This document shows, piece by piece, positions 53,274-61,466 of a stretch of 64,000 nucleotides of DNA. The stretch is from contig CBDDDW010000019.1 in NCBI GenBank assembly GCA_965226805.1, positions 31,400-95,399 on the forward strand. The letters run 5' to 3'. Position numbers and translations under genes: made by a program. Below the pieces are notes generated by a model. The model was not told the origin of the DNA. It did no database searches and saw only the letters and a list, made by a program, of their open reading frames with translations. The first letter of the stretch is position 1; each line of letters opens with the position of its first letter. The DNA comes from Dehalococcoidia bacterium. GTDB taxonomy: Bacteria; Chloroflexota; Dehalococcoidia; Lucifugimonadales; JAGWBF01.

Positions 53274-55680
53274 GGTTGGCTTTCAATCCAATCCCCAGAA
53301 AATAGCGTTTCCCATTCGAAGATACGGAGTCTCCGAATCGCTCCCTGATGCGCGTGCCGAAGGAGCGGGACCCCAACCTGTGGCGCTCCAGGATTCCTTG
53401 CTCCTTGGACCAGCGTTGGTATTCGGAGAAAAGGTGCCCCGGCTCCGCCCTAACGCCGTCGGCCACCACGCAACAGTCCGCGACGAAGCCGTCCAGTTCG
53501 TCGTTGTCCTTTCTGTAGGCTTGGGTGGCGGTCATTACCGCCGAAGGGGGCGCTAGGCCAACCAGTCGCCAATTCAGTGCTCCCTGTACTCCCCAGTTGA
53601 GTATCCCCGGCAACTCTTCTAGCAACTTGAAGGGAAGCCCTTTGTCCGCATCATCCCCCGTAAACTGCTCATTGAACGGCAGCACTCGTACTCTACGCCA
53701 GAACCCATAAGAGTCGTCCCTCACTCGAGGCAAGTGGTTCACCGCCAGCCAGAACTTGGCCACTGGCTCGTAGGTGAAGGATTCGCTATACAGAAAACGT
53801 GCGGTGATGGGATCTCCTCCGGTCAACGCCTTAATGCGAGCCTCGTTCAACCGTGTGGACTCGTTAGTCTCTGAGGAAGTCACAAGTCTTCTCCCTGCCA
53901 TCGAGGCTAGGTCGTTGGTCAATGAAGGTCTTTGCTGTAGCTCTAGTACCGTGAATGGAATGTTCATGGCATAGTCCCCTAGCACGTTTCTCAACATGTC
54001 CAAGAACACGCTTTTGCCGTTGGACCCTGTGCCGTGGCAGAGGAATAGAACCTGTTCCCGAACCGAACCCGTCAGGGAGTACCCCAGGGCCCGCTGCACA
54101 AACCCAATAAGTTCTCCGTCACGCTGGAACACCTGGTGAAGAAATTGCTGCCATCTCGGACACTCTGCCTTCACGTCGTATTGCACCGGCACCTGCATCG
54201 TAAGCCGGTCGTCGGGGTGCCCGGAACGTATCATTCCAGTACGCAAGTCCACTACTCCGTTGGCCACGCCAAGCAGGTAGGGGTCGGGGTCCCAGGTCAT
54301 ACCTGAGTCGGCTATTGGGTGTTCGCTACGGGCCAGGGCAAGACAAGCATCCAATCTCTGGCGTGATTCAGACCTTACAGCAGAGCTGGCGGTCTTACCG
54401 CGCAAATCCAGGTCTTCGATATCCAATGCGGTCCGGTAGCGAACACGGGCTGCTTTCTTGGCCAGACGGCGTACCTCGCCATCAGAATCAGGCGCCCACC
54501 GGTGCTCTTCCCAGATGAGCCACCGGTTTCTGGCATGGTCGAAGCGCAGGATATGGCCGTAGAGGGCGGCGAATAATTCAGCGTTGCCGGCGTCAGTCAA
54601 AGGAAACGGGCCGTTCTTGTCTTTAGGGTTGAGACTTTGGCCATTTTTTGAGAAGGTCAGGCCCAGCGCCACCTTCCACTCCTGCCAGCCCCTCGGCTCC
54701 GTTTCGGCATGAAAACACTTGCCAGCGTAGGGCCCGTCGGGCAGCTTTTGCCCTACGCCGCACTCGAATGGATGACACTCGTCATAATGGAATGGGCACT
54801 TTTCCACGTGGTACCAGGTCACGCCGTTCCCATCCAGCGGCTGTGTCCTGTACTCGATGTGCCGGGATTGGAGCAATTCCTCTAGTAAAGGTGTTGACCC
54901 ATTAAATATGGAGCCATCTTTAGGTAAATTAGCTTCTGGTTGCGATTGTTCGGCTGCAAGTTCGGCCAGCAATTCCTCGCTGATTACTGCTAACTGCTGA
55001 GGAACTGACTCCAATTGGGACCGCCGGTGGGGCCTATCCGTTAGAAAGTCACCCTTGACCTTCATGCTGCCGATGAGCCCGGCGAGGCGCGCTGCGTTGC
55101 AGACGGTGGTGTCAATGTGGACGGCCTCGTTGTTGAATCGAGTTGCCAGCGATACCAGAACCCCTTGAACCAATTCCAGGGAGGACGGATCGTTGGGCAA
55201 GCTGATGGGATAGAGGAGATACCACCCGTTGCCAGACATGGCGACGATAGGTTGGGGCCAGTCTTTGTTGTCTAGGAAGGACACAACCTCGTCTAACACC
55301 AGTCGTGCTGCTTGGCGTTCTTCCTCAGTGCTGCTGATGCCAGAGGGCCGGTACGGGTCGATATCTATGAATAGCGAGCGCCGTCTTATCACGTCGACAT
55401 CGGCGGAGGTGGTCTCTGCCTTGTCGGCGATTCGGTTGGAGGCCCGCGCCATAAGGGCCGGGTTCACAGGGTTCAGTGTAAAATATAGATTGGCCTTGCC
55501 GTCCCACTTGGCAGCAGATTCGGCTAGTGATTCCGGGCTATCGAAGTAGCCGGAGGCGGTGTGGCCGTATTTGTTATACTTGGGAATGCGAACTTCGCGG
55601 ACGTCCCCGGGCCGCCACAGCAGCTCGACAAAGCGCAGGATGTCTACAGTGACGCTTTCAAACTGAGGCTTGCCAGTCAC
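53269..55680 (-). CDS. P4-family phage/plasmid primase-helicase with N-terminal primpol-like domain
   Basis: FIDID, SGNG..L; D5-N TDAGNA..F, NGVVDL.TG; SF3 GTGSNGKS, IK.LTGGD.ITARFL, WRR. Confidence 0.92.
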   Translation of the reverse strand: MTGKPQFESVTVDILRFVELLWRPGDVREVRIPKYNKYGHTASGYFDSPESLAESAAKWDGKANLYFTLNPVNPALMARASNRIADKAETTSADVDVIRRRSLFIDIDPYRPSGISSTEEERQAARLVLDEVVSFLDNKDWPQPIVAMSGNGWYLLYPISLPNDPSSLELVQGVLVSLATRFNNEAVHIDTTVCNAARLAGLIGSMKVKGDFLTDRPHRRSQLESVPQQLAVISEELLAELAAEQSQPEANLPKDGSIFNGSTPLLEELLQSRHIEYRTQPLDGNGVTWYHVEKCPFHYDECHPFECGVGQKLPDGPYAGKCFHAETEPRGWQEWKVALGLTFSKNGQSLNPKDKNGPFPLTDAGNAELFAALYGHILRFDHARNRWLIWEEHRWAPDSDGEVRRLAKKAARVRYRTALDIEDLDLRGKTASSAVRSESRQRLDACLALARSEHPIADSGMTWDPDPYLLGVANGVVDLRTGMIRSGHPDDRLTMQVPVQYDVKAECPRWQQFLHQVFQRDGELIGFVQRALGYSLTGSVREQVLFLCHGTGSNGKSVFLDMLRNVLGDYAMNIPFTVLELQQRPSLTNDLASMAGRRLVTSSETNESTRLNEARIKALTGGDPITARFLYSESFTYEPVAKFWLAVNHLPRVRDDSYGFWRRVRVLPFNEQFTGDDADKGLPFKLLEELPGILNWGVQGALNWRLVGLAPPSAVMTATQAYRKDNDELDGFVADCCVVADGVRAEPGHLFSEYQRWSKEQGILERHRLGSRSFGTRIRERFGDSVSSNGKRYFLGIGLKANQ

Positions 55681-55985
55681 GGTTTCTTTCCAGAGCCGCG
55701 GCCTGCCGCAATTTCAAGCGTCCTGGAGACGGTGTTGTAGTTTAGTTCTCCACGGATGCCCGTGGAGGTATTGACTACAGCAGGGAACCGGTACTCTATC
55801 AGCACTTTCGCCTTCTTGCCTTCCGGCTCAACCTCCGTGTGAACGGTGATCTGTTTCACCAGCATCCGCACCACCTCCTGCTTCTGAGTATCATCCAGAC
55901 CGTCATCCAGCCTGCTGCGAAGCTCTCGCAATAAGTCAGGTTCCAGCGGCTTCTGATGCTCTGACGCATGGCAATCTGGAATGCT
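55677..55985 (-). pseudogene. Large serine recombinase C-terminal remnant
   Basis: LL.ELR.RL......KQEVVR.LVKQITV......V.IEY.F; catalytic domain absent. Confidence 0.6.
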
Positions 55986-56203
55986 TCAAACTGTGATTTC
56001 AGTTGATCCCATGCGCCAGGCAACCCACTTTCGATGGACCGCATTTCCGACGCAGAGTTGGACCCGTCCTCTCCCAGGTATACCTTGATCAGGTAGTCGC
56101 AGGCGCCGCAGCAGACGAATTCAATCGGACAGCGCTTGTCTCTCATGATGCGGTCACGGGCACCTTGAACCAATCTCCGCTCCTTTCGGGATATCCGTTC
56201 CAT
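55986..56203 (-). pseudogene. Hypothetical ORF N-terminus joined out of frame to the recombinase remnant
   Basis: GGAGG RBS, TAGATG coupling to the upstream ORF, CxxC-like motif; boundary approximate. Confidence 0.35.
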
Positions 56204-56719
56204 CTACGCAACCTCCTGCGGCTGGGCCGCCACCCCCGCCTTGGTCAACGTGTACTGGTCGGGAAAGCCCTGGACAAAGGCCACAAAGGACTCCTTACTT
56301 TGGTGGTGCATCGACAAGCCTTGATACGGCTGCCCACGCCAATATGGAGGTACAAATTCCGTTTTCACGCCCGATACCACACATTCGGCCTCCACACCCA
56401 CAAAGTCGGTGGGCCCTTGGCCTACGGCGATAATCTCCCAACGTCCAGAGTCTTCTTCCCCGGTGTCCTCGGCCTTGCTCTTCCAGTTCTGCGAGCCGCC
56501 GTAAGGATGGAACCGGCCTTCATCATCCTGACGATCAGGAGGGTGAATCGATTTCAAGGCATCGATCAGGATCGGTATGACGTCCTCGATGGGTTCGAAA
56601 CCGGCCAATCCGGCCACATCGGTCAAGTAAAGAACGTAACCTTTCGTGGCGGCAGAAGAAGGCCGACCCACCTGACTTCTTTTAGTGTGTGACTTCTCTG
56701 ATGCGGGCAAGTCCGTCAC
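56204..56719 (-). CDS. Hypothetical protein
   Basis: 171-aa ORF co-oriented with and coupled to the island genes. Confidence 0.55.
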   Translation of the reverse strand: MTDLPASEKSHTKRSQVGRPSSAATKGYVLYLTDVAGLAGFEPIEDVIPILIDALKSIHPPDRQDDEGRFHPYGGSQNWKSKAEDTGEEDSGRWEIIAVGQGPTDFVGVEAECVVSGVKTEFVPPYWRGQPYQGLSMHHQSKESFVAFVQGFPDQYTLTKAGVAAQPQEVA

Positions 56720-57064
56720 CTTCCATAAGGAAGGCGACGCCCGAAGTGTTAAGCGGCTAAGCAGCCCAAGCTACTGTGTAAGCAGCCCAGGAGCGGGGTA
56801 CACGATGGGGGATGATAACAGGAGACGTTTGGAGTTGAGGGATATGGAGCCTACTCCACCTCCCCGTCCAGAGCACGACATTACCGATCTCAGGGGCGGA
56901 GTCCAGTGTTCCAGCCAGACTTAGAGGTGTGTTGTCACCTTAGGGCGATTGCTAGACTGCGCTCATAATACCAGCAGGTTTGGTCCGTCACCAGCTCCTC
57001 ACGCGGCAGGTCTCACAGGCATGTGTGCCCGTTGGGCAATCAGCCAAAGTAACCCTCCTGAGTG

Positions 57065-57769
57065 TGCAGGGTGTCAGCGCAATTGGACACTATTGAGGCC
57101 TAGAAAACCGAAGAGGTTGGGGGTGGTAGAGGCTCCTTCAGAGGGGTAGATTAACCCTAAGTGAAAGGAGTCATTGATGACCCAGGTAGAGGATCAGGCC
57201 AGCCAAGCTGAGGAGCGAAGCCAGGAGACACGAAGCTTCGTGCGTCAGGTCCGTGCAGCGACCCGCCGTAAGTATACCCCTGAAGAGAAGATCCGCATCG
57301 TCTTGGAGGGGTTCAGACGGGAGACTACCGTTAATGACCTGTGCCGACGGGAAGGAATCAAACCCCACTTCTACTACGCCTGGACGAAGGGGTTCATGGA
57401 AGCTGGGAAGGAGAGGTTGACTCGGGACAGTGTGCGTGATGCGACCCGGCAAGAGATAGAGCAGCTCAAGCGGGAGAACAGAGAACTGAAGCAGCTGGTG
57501 GGTGAGTTGTCCCTGGAGTTGCACCGCTTCAAAAAAACAGCTCTGCCGCCCCTACACGGCAACGGCACCGTCGCATGAGCGTAGTGGAACAATCGAAGGT
57601 CGTGGCTGAGGTGGAGCGACATGGTAGAGGGAAGAACAGGCGACTCAGGGAGCTTGGCATTTCCAGGAGCACGTATTATTGGTGGAGGTGGAGGCACCGG
57701 CAGGGTAGTTGGGAGGGTACGGAAGGAACTGAGAGGCCCTGGAATCGCCTGCGTCCAGAAGAGGAGGCA
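57065..57769 (+). mobile_element. IS3/IS481-type element 5' part (orfA 57174-57578 and orfB start)
   Basis: Near-identical to 33936-34640; identity ends at GAGGCA 57769. Confidence 0.92.
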
Positions 57770-58810
57770 ATAGTGGAAGCCCTCAAGTGCCTGATCCCGG
57801 CTGGCCTTGTCGTGGACCTGCCTACCGTGCCCCACCAGTTCCTGAGAGAGGCGCCATTGGTTGACGGCGACTGGATCGACAACTACATGGTGGAGTTGGC
57901 CGAGTGGGGCGCGAGAATAAGGGAGAGGGAATTCCTGCTGGAGGAACCCGAAGACAACCACCCTATGGCCTGGCACGGGATTATCGACCCGAAGGATGGG
58001 TCCGAAGTCGACGCTGCGGTAGCGATAAAACTATGGCAACAGACCAGGAAACACTTGGCTGGATTTCCCGGCCGCACCAGGGTAATAGACGAGCGGCAAT
58101 ACCTGAGCTTCGCCGACTATCTGAAGTGGCGGGGTCGTCGTGCCAAAGGAGACTTGAAGTCCGCCATGCGCACGGGCCTGGTGGTGTCCACATGGAACCA
58201 GTGGGTTGAGGAGCATGGCTGCGAAGGTGCGGCATTCTTGGCCGGAACGGAAGTGGCAAAGCTCAGTTGCTACCTTGATGGCTATCGATACCGCGTCTGT
58301 CAGGATGCCGGGGAGTTGGCGGAAGAAGTAAGCCGGCGTGAGTCGTTGCTAGAATCTGTAAAGGTTTGGGAACCAGACAGCAGTAATGATGAGCGATTCC
58401 GTCAGCGGGTTGAACACTGGAAGATATCGGCCCTAGGCTTTCTTCCGGAGATATACATTCTGAGCCGAGCAATTAACTCAATCAGCCAACGGTACTTTGA
58501 AGGGCAGGACCCTCTGTTCTCCGAAGTGTCTGATGGGTTTGGTCAACTGTTGGCCTTGGTGGAGAAATTAGTCCATATTTACAACGAGGCCTTGGCGGGG
58601 GACATTGAACGCTCGGAAAGGCTGTTAATGGAGACGGGAGACGGGCAAGATGAATCTCCACTCACGATAGACCTGGCTGGATTGGTTGAGACCGTCCAAG
58701 GGTCTGCCAGAGAGCAGGTTGCCTTCTTGGTGGACATGGCAAAAGCCGACGCGCTGGATCTACTTGGCGAGACCCGTCAAGCGTTCGAGTTGGTAGACCG
58801 TCACGTTTGA
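57770..58810 (+). pseudogene. Hypothetical gene X, C-terminal 346 codons
   Basis: Open frame IVEALKCLIP...VDRHV fused in frame to IS orfB. Confidence 0.75.
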
Positions 58811-58818
58811 ACTTCAGA

Positions 58819-58836
58819 CACTATGCGCGAATAGTG
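58819..58836. other. Palindromic site CACTAT-GCGCGA-ATAGTG
   Basis: Perfect arms 8 nt after the gene X stop. Confidence 0.7.
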
Positions 58837-59242
58837 TGTGTGGCCCCTGGCTTTTTGTCGGCTGGGAAGTGGCGCCCAAGTTTCTCTTGGGATAAGATTG
58901 TCACCACCCGACTGTATGTCGTAATCGAGTCTGCCTGGACAATGACCTCTGCCAATGTCAACTCAATGCTACGATTGTGTTGCGACGTTGAAGAACCTGG
59001 GAACTGTCGGTTCAGCTGACGCTCTGAGGGAGTTCGAGTCCCTCGCTGTGGGCCTAAGTGGATAGTAGGTGGAACCATCTTCGAGATGTGGCTGGGGGCG
59101 TTGTGATCCTTGGCACAGCGATCCTTGCGGGGAGTTCGAGTCTCTGACGGTGGGGCTCAGGGGGCTTTTGATGTGTCCAGACCAAGACATGCCCGGCTAA
59201 TGGACGAAAACGAGAGGCTCATTATGGCGGGATGTCAGCGTT

Positions 59243-60388
59243 TCAGGTTGCACGTATTTTGCTTTGAACGAGAACATCAAGAATTCGGCCAGTTGATGGT
59301 CGCGACGGGGTGGTGAGGCTCGGGAGGTTTTGCAGGTCTGCATCTGAGTTAGCCACCAAGAATTGTTTTGACTCCCACGCTACCAGGGCATTTAGTTCCT
59401 GAACGATGTCAAAAGAGATGCTCCCTGAACGTAATCTGTAGGTTTTGGGCGCCAGCACGCAGGATAGTTGGGGAGACAGCGGATAGTAAAAGGCGAGTTC
59501 TTTAGTTTCGCTGCCATCTCCGGTACCCAAGAGGTTAACTACCGGTTGGTCTGCCGTAATAAACCCAAGGTCACATCCATTCTCCTCGAAGACAATGTCA
59601 AATTCCTTTCTATCTACAAAAAGACTAGTCGTGTGTCTGCCAAATGGGTTTACAATACGTCAGCGCTCGACGTGGCCCCCCGGTCTGCCTCCTCTCCCTA
59701 TGGGAGAGGATTGAGGTGAGGGTGAGACCGGGGTTCGCGGGGAGGACCTCCTCATATCAGCATTGTAATGCTATATACGAGACACTAGACTAGCTCCCAC
59801 ATTCTCGGCACCTATGTAGCTGATTATATTCCTGAGTCGATCAAAAGCGTGATCAGGAAACTCTTCAACCAGGGCTTCTCCAATCGCTTCGCGACCAGGT
59901 TCGGTACGGAAATACTGATGGGCAATGAAGTGGAAAAACATTATCGACTCTTCATAACTATTCAGGAAGTCAGTCCGCTTTTCGCGCAACGCTGCGAGGA
60001 TGGGCAAGGCGCATTCTTCTGTTTTGGAATGCAACATTTCTTCTGCATCAATGACAAGTCCTTCAATAAACCTTCTATCCTGGTCTGCTGCTCCACCATT
60101 GTTTTGAATTAGTTCGTTTGCCTGAGAGATACGCGCCCAAGTAGCAACGAGTTTTCGGTGAGAGGCCCTTAACGCTGCGTGGCCGGTCTGTTCAATGAAA
60201 AGTTCGAGAAAGCGCACATCAGTTTGTGTAATTACGGGCAACTTATAAGTATGCCGGGCTACCATTACGTTCACAGGGTTGGATGGGGGAAGTATCTCCC
60301 CGTCTCTTGAGAAATGTACAAAACCGCGTTGGTCTTGCCATGCTTCAAGATAATGGCGCCATACTGTGTGCTGTCTGTCAGTGGGCAT
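59243..60388 (-). pseudogene. DUF4238-like protein interrupted by a MITE
   Basis: QH.VW..YL..W N-terminus, QYFRT, FITADQPV; removing 59628-59792 restores GASLFVDRKEF in frame. Confidence 0.75.
59628..59790 (+). mobile_element. 163-bp IS630-derived MITE carrying a class C REP hairpin
   Basis: TA duplication; right end encodes CNAIYETLD* like the IS630 transposase end CKAIYETLD*; IRs GTCGTGTGTCT / GTCTAGTGTCT. Confidence 0.85.
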
Positions 60389-60412
60389 TTTCGGTTCTCC
60401 TCTTCACCAGTG

Positions 60413-60601
60413 ATGATTGCCAAGAACGTCCATTCCGTAGCTGTCGGATCTAGGTATCTGCAACAGATAAGAAACGACACTGCCAAACCGGGCGTCTATG
60501 CCTACCGGGGTCAGTCTAGGGCAGAGTGGCCCTTGCATTCGGCAGCTACTCGCCATCTGACTAAGAGACTGGGGAACAATGCCTTGACTGCCACAGGCTG
60601 A
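60413..60601 (+). pseudogene. FRG-domain N-terminal fragment
   Basis: YAYRGQSRAEWPL.S...R motif, then premature end. Confidence 0.55.
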
Positions 60602-60737
60602 AGGCTGTCCTGGTGGGTGCGGGAGGCTTTGGAGCGGGAGCTACAGTCGGGTGCAGGCTCGGCTGCGGCCCAGCAACGGAAGCGCAACGACTCCCTGGAG
60701 GGTCGCATTGAGGGTGGGAAGGGAAGCTCCGAAGCGG

Positions 60738-61466
60738 TCACAGGGGAAGCGTCCGCCCTGCCTCCCACAGGAGTCGGCGACGCTGCTGCGCATCCGGCAT
60801 CGCCTTGGCCACTAGGCCCCAGAAGTCCGTCGAGTGGTTCTGATGGGTCAGGTGCGCCAACTCGTGGACGACGACGTATTCGATGAGGGCCTGCTCCAGC
60901 ATCAAGGTGCGCCAGTTGAAGCGCAGTGTACCGTCGGGTGCGCAGCTCCCCCAGCGTTGGCGCTGGTCGCGGACGAGTATCTGCGACTTTTCTCCGCGAC
61001 CGAGCCGGGGCCACCAGCGGTCAACAGCATTCGGCAGCCGCTCGGCAGCCCGGTCCCGATACCATCCGACGACTGCACGGCGAATCGGCTCGTAGCGTTC
61101 GAGGCCGCTCAGGGTCTTCGGTACTGTGACTCGGAAGCGCCAGTGGTCGAAGCGTACCATAGGCGAACGTATGTCCGCGGTATCGACGATCATGCTGACG
61201 TTGCGTCCCAAGTACGGCAGGGTCTCGCCGCTGACGAAGCGCTTCGGCGCGGCTTCCAGCATCTCCCCAGACGCATGGCTGAGGATCCAGGGCGCCCGCT
61301 TGCGAACGATGGCTCGCAGCTCGCTGTCCGGCGTCGTCATGGGAGCGGCAACCTGCACACCGCCGCCGTCCGTCGTGATCTGGACCGTCTTCTTACGCCT
61401 CTCGCTTCGACGGACCTCGTAGTCGATGGTCGTGTTGCCGAAGCGGATACGACCCCGTTCGTTCAC
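60738..61466 (-). CDS. M48/YgjP (DUF45) metallopeptidase associated with type I R-M
   Basis: F.SGE...YLG, WGSC, FNW, YVVVHELAH..H.NHS..FW. Confidence 0.92.
   Translation of the reverse strand: MNERGRIRFGNTTIDYEVRRSERRKKTVQITTDGGGVQVAAPMTTPDSELRAIVRKRAPWILSHASGEMLEAAPKRFVSGETLPYLGRNVSMIVDTADIRSPMVRFDHWRFRVTVPKTLSGLERYEPIRRAVVGWYRDRAAERLPNAVDRWWPRLGRGEKSQILVRDQRQRWGSCAPDGTLRFNWRTLMLEQALIEYVVVHELAHLTHQNHSTDFWGLVAKAMPDAQQRRRLLWEAGRTLPL

Noticed and set aside
59010-59160. Functional tRNA genes
   Set aside because: Only T-arm-like parts with imperfect stems; no D arm, anticodon arm or CCA.
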